From positions 60,886,001 to 60,950,000 of the forward strand of contig NC_087437.1 in assembly GCF_036321535.1 (NCBI RefSeq): a DNA stretch of 64,000 nt, given 5' to 3'. The notes under the pieces were generated by a model. The model did no database searches. It worked only from the letters and a program-made list of their open reading frames with translations, and had not been told where the DNA came from. This stretch comes from Camelus dromedarius (lineage: Eukaryota). The position numbers and the translations under genes are program-made. How positions within the stretch are numbered: the stretch's first letter is position 1; each line of letters starts with the position of its first letter. Of the stretch, positions 27,901-40,248 are shown piece by piece.

Positions 27901-28375
27901 AGCTTCCTCCTCCCTCCAGAAGACTATCAGCTTTACAGAAAGCATGGTGTTTGTGGCTCAACCTGCCGCAGGTTGTGGGTTCAGCTCTGAGTTGGGACTG
28001 AGGAACTAGTTAACTTTTTCCACTCTACAGGTTTCCTTCTGTGAGCTCCTCCCCACAGGGCACCCCACAACACGCCACCCTCCCCCAAGCTCCTGAAGTG
28101 TGTGGCTGCTGCCCCCTGCTGGGAGGAGACAGTTGGGCCTGCGCAGGGGGTGTCTTTGGAGGGTGGCCCCTTTCCACAGCCAGGCTGAGAAGAGGGAAAC
28201 TCTGAAGGAACTGGCAGTAAAACAGAGTATTTTAAATACAGACTGACACGAAAGTCAATCTTTGCAGGAGACATCTGGAACCTTTGGTTTATAATCAGTA
28301 TATAGGCTTGTTAAAAAAGGTTTGAAAAAAAAAAAAACCTATATTGATCATGACTTTCAGAAAAATTAAAATCAA

Positions 28376-28526
28376 GGGGGAGGGTATAGCTCAGTGGTGG
28401 AGTGCATGCCTAGCATGCACCAGGTCCTGGATTTTGTCCCAAGTACCTCCATTAAATAAACAAACAAACAAACAAACCTAATTACATTCCCCTCCCCCCC
28501 AAAAAAAACAAAAAAAAAATTTTTAA
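28376..28526 (+). mobile_element. tRNA-derived SINE (camelid vic-1-like)
   Basis: ggggagggtatagctcagtgg A-box head, degenerate B box, A-rich tail; 17-bp TSD agaaaaattaaaatcaa (28359-28375, 28527-28543). Confidence 0.9.
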
Positions 28527-28863
28527 AGAAAAATTAAAATCAATAAATGACTTTTTATTTTTTAAAGAAAAGGAGGTCAAAGCAGAGCAAGGGGGAGAGT
28601 GACCACTTGAGACAAGGCTCTTGATGAGGCCTAGACCACCCAGCTTCTCCCTTTGGCCTATCTGAAGCACATTAACCTTCCTAAATCAAAGGGTTTGTTG
28701 TGTGAAGGAAAAAAAGTTCAAAGACTACATTGCCAAGAGAATAATGTTCAAAATCTTCAACTAACTTTTTCTCACCTTTTATTCCAAAGTCCATAGACTG
28801 GCCCCAACCCACCTTTTCAGCCTTGCCTCCCACTAGACTTCCTGGCACAGGCTCTGCTCCTAT

Positions 28864-29414
28864 TGAGGAGGGAAGCCCCATAAAAGGGCCGGCAGGATCC
28901 CCAGGCAGGGCCACTACTCTCCTGTCAGCACCATCCAGTTCCCTGGCCCAGAAGCTCTATCTCACTTTTTGCCTCTGAAACAGCTTACTTACCCGTGAAA
29001 TTCTATTGGTTCCCTGAGCTCACTTCTGATTGGTTATTTCCTTCACTCATGATTGGTTATTTCTCTCACTCCTGATTGGTCCATTTCCCTCACTCCTGAT
29101 TGGTTATCTCTCCCTCCTGATTGGTCCATTTCTACAAAGCTTGTTCCTAGTCAACTTTCATTATACTTCATTTGCATATGATGTTGCCAAGTGTAAACTG
29201 GCAGCCTATAAAAGCCTGTGTAAACCTACAGACGGGGTCTAGAGTTTGGAGTGTTAACTTCTCTGGGCCCCCTGGCATAGTAAACCTGAGTTCTCCAACT
29301 CTCCGAGTGCTGCTTGGTCTCTCGCCCGGATCCAGGTTGCTGTCACAACTGAGCTGTAATGTTGCTGTCTCAACTGAGCTGTAACACCCAGATGTAACAC
29401 ATTTTTCTACAACA
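28864..29414 (+). mobile_element. Solo LTR, ERV1/gammaretroviral-like, 551 bp
   Basis: TG...CA termini; 4-bp TSD CTAT (28860-28863, 29415-29418); ATTGG array, ATTTGCAT 29170-29177, TATAAAA 29207-29213, AGTAAA poly(A) variant 29279-29284. Confidence 0.88.
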
Positions 29415-29628
29415 CTATCAAACTGAACTCTGCACCTGTTCCCAAACCCTCCCTCTTCCCTTCCCACTGTCACTTCAGTGCCAATGCTTCTCTCCTATCC
29501 CTCCCCTACTCTTGTAGCTCTGTGAGTAACATGCATTACACAGATGCAAAATTATGAGACAAACTCTGACAAAATTGAAACAAGAACAGGGAGATATTTT
29601 TAAAAAGCCAATAGCTTCTTCATTATGA

Positions 29629-30250
29629 TTTTTTTGAAAACTGAAGTACAGTTGCTTTACAAAGTTGTGCTAGTTTCAGGTATACAGCAAAGTGATTCAG
29701 TTATGCATATACATATACATTCTTTTTCAGATTCTTTCCCATTATAGGTTATTACAAGATAGTGAATATGTTCCCTGTGCTATACAGTAGGACCTTGTTG
29801 TTTATCTATTTTTTATGCCATTTGCAGCAACATGGATGGACCTAGATATTATCATATTAAATTAAGTCAGACAGAGAAAGACAAATATAGTATGATATCA
29901 CTTATATGTGGAATCTAAAAAATAATACAAATGAATCTATACACAAAACAGAAACAGACTCACAGACATAGAAAACAAACTTATGATTACAAAAGAGGAA
30001 AAGGAGAGGAGGGGGAGGGACAAATTAGGAGTTTGAAGATTAACAGATATAAACTACTATATATAAAATAGATAAGCAACAGGATTTACTGTATAGCACA
30101 GGCAACTATATTCAATATCTTGTAATAACCTATAATGGAAAAGAATCTGAAAAAGAATATGTATATATATTATGTATATGTATAACTGAATCACTTGCTG
30201 TACACCTAAAACTAAGACAACATTGTAAATCAACTATACTTCAATAAAAA
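29629..30250. mobile_element. Two L1 3' ends joined back to back (minus 29629-29814, plus 29815-30250)
   Basis: The left segment is the reverse complement of the terminal ~185 bp of the right segment, with scattered mismatches. Confidence 0.85.
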
Positions 30251-30319
30251 CATTTTTTAATCTCAAAAGAAAATAAGAGAATTATGAGGAAAAATTTTTG
30301 AAAATTAATAGTTCACATG

Positions 30320-31460
30320 TATATCTGCACGCAAAAGAATGAAGTTGGACTCCTACTGCAGATAAAAACAAAAATTATCTCCAAATGACCATAGACCTAA
30401 ATGCAAGAGCTGAAACGATCAAACCCTTAGGATAAAAAAAAAAAAAAAACAAAACAAAGGAATAAATCTTTATGGCCTTGGATTAGGCAGTGGTTTCTCA
30501 GACACTGACACCAAAACCAACTGAAAAAAGAAGAAATGGATAAATTGGACTTCATCAAATTAAACATTTTTGTACTTCAAGAGGGTACCATTATTCTAAG
30601 GTATATAAAGAACCTCCACAGTTCAACAATAAAAAGACAAATTTCCCAGTTTAAAAATGGGTAAAGAATTTGAATAGATATTTCTCTAAAGAATATATGC
30701 AAATGCCAGTGATATTCAACATTGTTTAAAGACCATGAGATCCCACTTCACACCCACTAGGATGGCTAAAAAAAGCTTTTCAAAAAGAAGGAAAAAAATA
30801 ACAAGTGTTGATGAGGATATACAGAAATTTGAACCCTCATACACTACTAGTAGGAATGTAATATGGTGCAGGCACTGTGGAAAACAGTTTGGCCATTACT
30901 CAAAAATTTAAATGTAGATTTACCATATTATCCAGCAGTTCTACTGAAAATATATTTTCATGCATTTATTTGTCTAAAAAATGTACATACAGATGTTCAA
31001 AGCAGCATTATTCTTAATAGTCAAAAAGTGGAAACCAAAATGTCCATCAACTGATGAAGGGACAAACAGAGGCAGTATGTACATAATAATGGAATATTAT
31101 ATAGTCAAAAAAGGAATGGAGTATTGACACATACAACAACATGAATGAACCTTGAAAACATCATGCTAAGTGAAAGAAGCCAGTCAAAAAGATCACAGAG
31201 CATATGATGCATTTATATGAAATATCTAGAAATTTATTGAGATAGAAAGTAGGTTAGTGGTTGCCAGGGAGTTGGGGAAGGGAAGAATGGGGAATGACTG
31301 CTAATGGGTATGGGGTTTCCTTTTGCTGTGTTGAATGTTCTATAATTAGATAGTGGAGATGGTAGTAGAGCTTTGTGAGTATACTAAAAACTACTGAATT
31401 GTATATTTTACAATAATAAATTTTATAGTATGTGAACTACATTTCAATAAAGCTATAAAA
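30320..31460 (+). mobile_element. Old L1M ORF2 and 3'UTR fragments
   Basis: VQALWKTVW...DLPYYPAV remnant, L1 3'UTR, aataaa near 31447. Confidence 0.85.
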
Positions 31461-34400
31461 TAGTTGAAATTTTTTAGAGGTAAAGAAAAACATGAGTCTT
31501 CATATAAAAAGTACATGCTGAGTATCAAGCAAGATAAGTAAGAATAAACTTATCATATCTGGTCACATTGAAGTGAAATTGTGGAATACTAAGTATAAAG
31601 AAAAAAGCTTAATAGATATCAGAGAAAAAGGATTAACTATTGAGAAGTGATCATTAAAATGACAGCAAACTTGTCATGCCAAAAAATAATGAAGTGATAT
31701 TTTCAAAGTGCTAAGGAAAGGAAATTAGCCTAGAACTTGTTTCACTAGTCAAACTTATTCAAGAGTGAGGGCAAAATGAAGACATTTTCTAGACATTCAA
31801 AGGTTAAAAGAGTCTCAATAAAAGGTACATGTCAAATGCCCAGATACTGGTTTCTAGATACCACTCCCCACCAAAAGAAACCAGGCTCCTTGATAAAACA
31901 ATTGACTCCAAGTCTGGGGCAGGAAAAGTGTAAAATCTTGTAGGACATCTTGTTATGCTAGAAATTTATCTCACATGTGTTTAAAATGATGTATGTACAA
32001 GGTTATTCATTGCACTGTATCTGTAATAAGAAAAGATTGGAAATAAACTAAATGCTCATCAATAGGGATTGGATAAATAAATGGTAGGTCATCCATAAAA
32101 TGGATACCATGTATTCATGTGAAAGAAGTTTGTGCTGGGATCTAGAGTGATAGCTGTGGAATCAGACTGCCTAGACCAGAGCCAGGCTCTATCACACCCT
32201 AGGTCTGTGATGTTGAGCAAGTTACTTAAACTCTCCATTGCCTCAGTTTCTTCGTTTGAAGGAGGAATAATAACATTACTTATCTCTTAAGGTGGTTCTA
32301 AAGTTGCTGAAAATGAGGTCATCATAGATAAATCAATAGAATTCCTAAATACTGATAATAACCAATGAAATTATGTAATGGGAACCAAATTCCATTCTCA
32401 GTTTAAAAGACAAACACCTTAGGTACCAATAAAGAAAGACCTATTTCTTTCCTACTTGTAAGATTTCCATCTATTTGAAAGGAGCGCTACTGGTGTAACT
32501 CTCACTCTCTCTACCCCTTGACTCATTCTGCTCCTTTGAGGAAAGAGTGATATTAAATAGTGAATTTAGGAAGAGTCTGAGCATGCTAGGCTCAGTTCTG
32601 TTTTTTCTTCTTCTTGGGGTGCAAGTTGCTGATATATAGCTATATCTATGAGATTGTTTATATACATCTTTTGAATACTTACTAATATTTAGTACCGAGA
32701 ACTTGGACTATCTACCTAAAGCCATATCTGCTAACCTGGTGTCTATCAGCAAAAGGTAATATTTTTGCCTCCCAAGTACTATTCATTTATTTCTCAATTT
32801 GTTCCAAATCCAAGTGGGGAAACCTGTCTAATTATTGTACCCTCAAAGATAACATTGAAAGTTGTAAAAGATGGTGAGATACACCAAGATCATGGATGAG
32901 AGTACACTTTATCATAAAGATCCCAGTTCTTTAAAAAAAAAAAAACAACTCAGTTCTTTTAAAAAAATAGATTGGTTCTTCCCAAATCTATCAATTCAAT
33001 ATTATATTATTTATATTTTCTATTTTTAATACATATCACAACAGAATTTTCTGGTAACTTGACAAGCTATATCTAAAATTCATATAGAAGAACAAAGGGC
33101 CAAGAACATCCAAAACAATTTTTAAAAATCACAAAGTCGAGGAACTTGCTCTTTCAAAAATGAAGACTGATTACAGAGTAAGAATAACTGAGTGTATGGT
33201 GTTAGCCTATGAGCAGAGAAATAGACCAAAGGAGTAGAACAGGGAGCCCTCAAACTGACCCATGTATATATGAAAACTTGGTAAGTGACAGAGGGGGCGT
33301 TGCAAATCAAGGGAAGAAAGCATAAGCTATTTAATAAATAGGACTAGGATAAGTTAACTATATTTTTAATAAAGAAATGTCTACTTTCTCCAAAACAAAA
33401 ATGAATTGTAAACAGATTAAAGACCTATATTTTAAACATTTTAAACACTCTTCCTTCCTTTGTATTACACATGTGGACAAGAAGTCCCAAAATACCTTTT
33501 ATGCTTTTCATAGCCCATGATGTACACTTGTTACAAGGTTGTCAACTAATACACTCTCTGAGTCAGAAGGCTGCTGTTAATAAGTCTCCAGAGCTAGAGG
33601 TGTAAGGCAGAGAGAGAAACCATTTTGTCTACTGAATGACTGTTGTGAGACTACCAATGAGCTGGCTCTTCAGACAGGGCTGCAAAGCCTCTGATCTACA
33701 AATTCTGTGAATTACTAGGCTGCTTCTGACACGCTTCTCATGCTAGGAAGGCCAAAATCTTAATCGCAAAGCCAGTTTGCTCAGATGAAACTGATTCCTC
33801 CATGCTCCTCTATAAATGTGTGAGACCACAGGACATATGCCGTTCCTCTCCTGCACACAGTACATAGTGTGTCCAGCTGTGCTTGGCTGGCGCACACTTC
33901 CTCATGAAGTGCTCAGAATCTGAGGCAGCACAGGCATTCCCTTATACCTGGGTTGAAACATGCTTGTACCATGTACTATCTGTGGGGTTTATCCTTACCC
34001 CCTGTTTGATAAACAGAAATATTGCCAGTGAGAGTAAACTGATCCAAATGTTTTGGTAATCAACTATGCAATACCTAACAAAGATGAAGAGGAGTATAAT
34101 CTATAGAATGCCATTTCTAGTAACATATTCTAGAGAGACAATAGCATATGTACACAATGCGTTCCAGCTTTGTCTGTAATAATAAAAAATTGGAAATAAC
34201 TTAAATGTCCAGCCACAGAAGAGTGAATAAATTGTAGTAGCTTTGTAAAATGGAATAGTGTACAGTACTCTAAAATGAATTAACAGTTCTAAGTTTAGGT
34301 ATGGATAAATCATAAGGACATAATGTTAGAGAAGGACATACATATATACATGTACAGTTTTACATATGCAAAACAATGCTAAACCTTTGTGGAATCATGC

Positions 34401-34784
34401 ATATGTAGAAAAGTATAAATAAACATGTGAATGAGAAGTCTCAGATTCTGGAGAGGGAGGGTAAGGAAAGGGATCAAATCACAGGCAATGGTATATAGTG
34501 GCTTCAACTCTATCTGTAATATTTTGTTTCTGGGAAAAAATTATCTGAGGCAAATATGGCAAAATGATAAGATCTGTTAAAGCTGAACAGTGGGCACACA
34601 GGTGTTTGTTGTTAGTCTATTATTCTGCTTATTTCAAAAATGTCGAAATTACATAGAAATAGTTGCAAGATAAAAAAAGCTTCAAGCATGTGTCTGCAGA
34701 AAAGGGTACTTGTGGGAATCAAGTCAGTGGAGTCACAGAAGCCCAGGGAGACAGCAAAATGAATTTAAAATTGGGTGGAAGAGA

Positions 34785-35916
34785 TTCATCAGAAAGGAGA
34801 AGTTTCAAGATGGTGTTGTAGCAAGATCCTGAACTCACAACCTCGCATGGACATAACAGATTTACAACCACATATGGAATAATTCCCTCAGAAAGGGACC
34901 TGAAAACTGGGTGAACAGAACCTCCACAACAAGGGTCGAAGGACAACATTGAGGTTGGTAGAAGAAGCAGAGACACAGTGCACCAAGGAAAAATTCACAC
35001 CCCAGCCTCAGCAATCCACATTCAGAGGGACCACAAAGGGATGTGAGCACTACATCAGTCACCCCAATCCTTAGATCCTGCACAGGAGAGACAAGCCAGA
35101 CAAGCATCCCAAACACCTGGTTTTGAAGACCAATGGGGAATATGCTCAGGAAAACTGTAGATCTGCAGGGAATGGAAAACCCACTTTTAAAGGGCACATG
35201 TGCAGACTTGACCCCAAAACCAGTGCAAAACACCAGATTGAAAATTGCATGGACCATAGGTGATGGGGATTTACTTACTGATCTGTAAACTGGTACAGCC
35301 ACTATGGACAACAGTATGAAGATTGCTCAAAAAATTAGGAATAGAACTACTGTATGACCCAGTTATTCCACTTCTGGGTATTTATCTGAAGAACACGAAA
35401 ACACTAATTTGAAAAAATATATGCACCGCTAAATTCATTGGAGCATTATTTACAGTAGCCAAGATGTGGAAACAACTTGAATGTTCATCAATGGATGAAT
35501 GAATAAAGAAGATATGGTATATATACATATATACAATGGAATGCTACTCAGCAATTAAAAAAAAAAGAATGAAATCTTGCCATTTGCAACAACATGGATG
35601 GACCTTGAAAGTGTTGTGCTAAGTGAACTAGTCAGATGGAGAAAGACAAATACCATATGATTTCACTCATATGTGGAATCTGAAGAAAACATGGATGAAC
35701 AAACAAGATGAAACAAGAACAAACTCATAGATACAGAGAAGAGATTGGTGGTTACCAGAGGAGGGTGTCGAGGGGTAGGCAAAGTGAGTGAAGGGGGTCA
35801 ACTGTGTGGTGATGGATGACAGCTAGACTTGTGATGGTGATAACTTTGTAGTGAATACAGATGTCGAATTATAATGCTGTACACCTGAAAGTCACAATTT
35901 TTAAACTCTAAAAAAT
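34785..35916 (+). mobile_element. Internally deleted L1: 5'UTR-like segment fused to ORF2 end and 3'UTR
   Basis: Begins with L1-type ggagaagtttcaagatgg; switches near 35284 to the ORF2 C-terminal sequence gtaaactggtacagccactatgg; 18-bp TSD aaaattgggtggaagaga (34767-34784, 35917-35934). Confidence 0.85.
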
Positions 35917-36868
35917 AAAATTGGGTGGAAGAGAGAAATCAACCTTATGATATTTTGGACATTTGGGACATGAACATTGCCTGGGATTTTTAAAAATAAT
36001 ATTTGGAAGCCTTGGTTGAAAAAACAAATTACTATACATTTTATAAATAGTTAAAAGGAACAAGACTTTATTGAACCAGTCCTTTGACAAATTGTAAATT
36101 GCTGTTAATGAATGAGTGTTCAATAATTTGTTATTTAGCAAATTGAGAGATGTTTGAGTACTATTTATCCTTTGAGGGTCTGCTCAAAAGACACCTCCTT
36201 TATGAAGGTGATTGGACTGAACCCTTCCCTCACCCCAAAGTGCCCTCTTCTTCTGAAGTCCCATAGCCTTCTCTCTGTACTTCTCTTGGGCACTACCATT
36301 TTCTATTATGTTATATCTATTTAGGTAGATTTGCAGGGCCATGAGATCCTTGAGGGAGAAGTTTTACTTATCTCTGCCTGCTGGATAGTGTGGTGCTCAT
36401 GGTAGGTCCTTAGTAAGTACCTGAACAGGGTAGAGGAGAAAGGGGGACCAGGAGCCCAACGTAACTAAAAATGTCTCCTTTTTCCAGCCTGCAAAGTGAA
36501 GGGTATTTATAACAATCTGTCCTTTGAGTTTAGGCCAAAGACTTCTGCTGTTTCAACATTTTCTCCTCTTGGGCCATTTCCGGTGAGATGAAGTTCTACC
36601 AGCTTCTACCTTCATGCTTTGCCCACTGTGCCAGCCTGCCAGTGTAGTGCCAGGGAGGTGCTATCAGAGGAGGCAAGCAAGAAAATATGATGAAAGCTTT
36701 TCTTTGCAGCAGCAGTAGACCCAGCTCTCATGCTGGGGCACATACGGCGCTTGGGTGGAGACCAAGAGCCTAGAGCCAGGCTACTATCAGGATGCTACAC
36801 AGAAAAGCCAAGGGCTAAGAAAGATAAGGCTGCTGACAGGACCAAGAAAGAGGTCTCTGGCTGGGTTT

Positions 36869-37048
36869 TAGAGTTGCCAGATTTAGCAAATAAAAATACA
36901 GAACACCCAATGAAATTTAAATTTCAGATAAACAATGAATGATTTTTTAGCGTATCTCATGTAACATTGGGGACATACTTTAGTATAAATATTCATTTAT
37001 CTGAAATTCAAATTTCATTGGGCATCCTGGATTTTATCTGGCACCCCA
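36869..37048 (+). mobile_element. MER53 palindromic hAT-type MITE
   Basis: Termini tagagttgccagat...atctggcacccca; inner inverted repeat tgaaatttaaatttcagataaa / tttatctgaaattcaaatttca. Confidence 0.88.
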
Positions 37049-38134
37049 GACATAGGTCAGGGGTTGTATAGTTATTGCTGATGATATTTAATAGGCAGAG
37101 CAGAAGGGAACAGTTCTCAGAGGTGAGAAAGGAGGCAAAGAGGAGCTAGCCCAGACCCTGAACATGCCTCGAGGGCAGGGAATATGTGTTGTGCCCATTT
37201 GTCTCCCCAGTCCTGATGAATAAAACTGTCAGAGTGTTTCTGCTGACTCTCCGGGCAAGTCAGCCACCAACACTCTTTGTATCTGCCTTTTAGAGCATTA
37301 ACTTTGTTATAGGATATTTATCTGCTAACATGTCTGCCTCCCCCTTGAGTGGAAAGTGATCAAGATTTTCAGTCAGAGATCTTGGTCCAAATCCAGACTC
37401 TGAAACACACTAAGTCACTTATCCCCTGACAGCCTCAGTTTTCTTCTATAAAAAGTGGATGCTATTGAGATATTGTGATAAATAAATGAGATATAAGTAA
37501 AGCCATTGCAGGTGCTCAGAAATATTAAGCACAACATCTATGAAGCTCAGGAGTGCCGGGACCTGGTCCTAACACAGCACCATACGTGCTCTGCAGGAGG
37601 TGCTCAATAGATGCGGGAGAGAAGAACGAACATTCACGTGAGGAGAGTGAGCTCTATGGTGATTCTCTGTACCAGAAGCTCTTTGTATTTCATTCTTGCT
37701 GCTAGTCATGCTTCTGATGGAAAAAGAGATAAGAAAGCCTCAATCATAATTTTCTACCAGCAACCTCTGATAAGGCCCTGAACGAGCAATGCAGTTGTAA
37801 TACCCTTGTCCTTTACCATATCTTGTGCTCCCTCATGGGGGGGGGGGGGCAGCTGTAGGGAAGAGACTTTAACTCCTCATGGGGGTCCCTAAGCCAAGGG
37901 TGGCAGGTCACAACAGGTCATGAAATCAGGGGTCACCTACATGCTTGGGCAGGGGGAGAGTGCTGGCAGTGCAGTGGTCCTCCTGAGCCCCTCTGGACAG
38001 ATGCCTGCTTCCCTCTTCCTACAAGAGCTCCTTTTCTACCTTAAAACCTGTCATTCTAAGTTTCACTCTATGAGAAGTGGAAACGTTTCACTTGGTTGAA
38101 GCATTAGAGGATTTTGTACATATGATTCCTTTGC

Positions 38135-38512
38135 TGTTACGGACTGAATGTTTGTGTTCCTTTCAAAATTTATATGTTAAAACCCTACTCCCCAAATGTG
38201 ATGGTATTAGGAGGTGGGACTTTGGGAAGTGATTAGGATTAGATGAAGTCCTAAGGGTGGAGCTCTCATGAATGGGATTAGTGCCCTTAAAAGAGTCAGG
38301 AGGGAGCTTGCTTTCTCTGCTCTGCTCTCCACCATGTGAGGATTTAACTAGAAAAGTCTGCAACCTACAAGAGGGGTTCGCACCAGAAATCAACCAGCCT
38401 GGCACCTTGATCTCATACTTGTAGCCTCCACAGTGTGAGAAATAAATTTCTGTTGTTTATAAGCCACTCAGTTTATAGCATTTCACTATAGCAGTCTGAG
38501 CCAACTGATACT
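38135..38512 (+). mobile_element. MLT1A-type solo LTR
   Basis: tgttacggactgaatgtttgtg start; gtgagaaataaatttctgttgtttataagccac 3' region; ~375 bp. Confidence 0.88.
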
Positions 38513-39829
38513 GTCCTTTCCCTAAAATATTTCCTCGGTTCACCACATCACCAAACTCCCCTCCAGGCTGTGACCCTCAGGACACCCACCACCACCACAA
38601 AATAACCCAAATTAAACTCTAGAGTCTCTAGGAAAGGAATCCAGTGAAATATGCAAACATGATGCCCACAAGAGAGGGAGCAACTTATTAACAATGCGAT
38701 TAGCCTCTTTTTTTTTTTTTTTTTAACGCTCAAGATGAGCAGCCAGTGAGCAGCTGGGTGCTAATGATGCAAGATCAGCCAAACAAAAGATCATGGAGCT
38801 GGCTTTCCTTTGAATTTCAAACCTCTCCATTCTTTAGTCTCTCTCTTAAAGCAGGGAACAGAAGTGTGAGGCAAGAAGCATACTGGTTTTTTTTTTTTCT
38901 TCAGGATCCAAAAGACCTGAGCCTTTTGTCTTAGCCCTTGATTTAGCAAACCAGCTCCTGCTAAGATGCAGCCCTGTGCGGCCCAGGCAGTGTCTGTTAC
39001 CTCCCAGGGCTGAGGCTGGCATGGAGACGCTGGTCCTCTCCCTCGGGGGCTATTGTGTTGTGAGCCTCCGTCCCTCTGTGGGGTTGCCCTGCTCTCCTCT
39101 CTGTATCTTTTTCTCCTCACCCCTTTCAGTCTCCTTTTTATTCTCTCTCAGAGTCCTTAAAAGTGCCATCATTATGGCCAAACTTTGAAATAAAAGCACG
39201 TTTGTTTGTGATTTTGTGGGGTATCTAGCCTCTTTTTGTGGCTGCGTCCCAATTACCCTCTCCAACCCGCCCAGCCTTTGGGTACAGAGTTGGGATCCTA
39301 GAAGCTTCCTAGGTACTACGTGAACCCGCTCCCCACCCCATGACATGACCACAGCTGACTGGACAGAGTAGGACTGGGAAGTGGAGTCCCTATTTTTGGA
39401 ATTTGGTATTGGGACAAAGAGTCTAATCTTATCCTGGGTTGATCTCTTGAAAGGAGAGGTATATATAGGCAGTCATTTTCCACCAAGTGAACTCTGTAGA
39501 TGAGACAGAATGAAGAGATGTCTCAGAGACAAGGAAGAGCTCCTGATGCCTTTCTGTTGCCTTGTCCAAGTCCCTCATGAAGTCCAACTGCATTCTTGCC
39601 GTTGACCTCCATGAAATACACCTGTCTCTCATGAATTCCTTTTGCTTAAACTACCTAGTTTCCGTTGCTTCAAATATTCTTTAAAATGTTTCCTATTCCT
39701 AATTTTAGGACCAAATGAGTTAAAGGTTTTGTTTGTTTACACACCCACACACAAACCCACAAGAATAGCTTTTCTCTCACAGTTGGTTCCTAATAATATT
39801 TATCAATTGTAGAACAGTTCAGTAACAGT

Positions 39830-40075
39830 AATAAGAAATGTATTGAATGTTCAGTATGTTCCTGGTACTGTTCTAAAGCATCTCACATTGCCTTTCATTG
39901 CAACCTCATAACATCCCTTAAAGGAGTTAGCACTCCCCACTCCTTTGACAGAAAAGAGAACTGAGGCCCAGAGAAATCAAATGTCTTCTCCAAAGTTACA
40001 GAGTTAATACGAACTGGGGTTGAATCTAGGTGGTCTTGACTCCAGAATCCAGGCCCTTTACCACAACACTATGTA
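39830..40075. mobile_element. MIR SINE (one of many)
   Basis: Core gacagaaaagagaaactgaggcccagagaaa...ccaaagttacagag; other MIR cores at ~150-240, ~1760-1900, ~7200-7355, ~19540-19750, ~27150-27320, ~32140-32320 and ~37370-37530. Confidence 0.85.
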
Positions 40076-40248
40076 CCTCACAAACACTGGGTTACCAATA
40101 TAACCTGGCAAAAGACCTTCCAACAAATCTGTAACACCCCTGAAAATAGTTCCTGGCCTTACCCCTGATTTCAGTGAACAATAAAATACATCATCCAAGT
40201 TGCCCCCAGAGAGAAATAGGAAAGTTGGAAGAGCAAAAACTTACCAGG

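Noticed and set aside
28376..28450. tRNA-like sequence here and at 47397-47470
   Set aside because: A-rich tails, TSDs and degenerate stems show these are SINEs, not tRNA genes.
29000..29130. Regularly spaced ~23-bp repeats that could suggest a CRISPR-like array
   Set aside because: Units are tandem with no unique spacers, there are no cas genes, the context is mammalian, and they lie inside an LTR U3 region.
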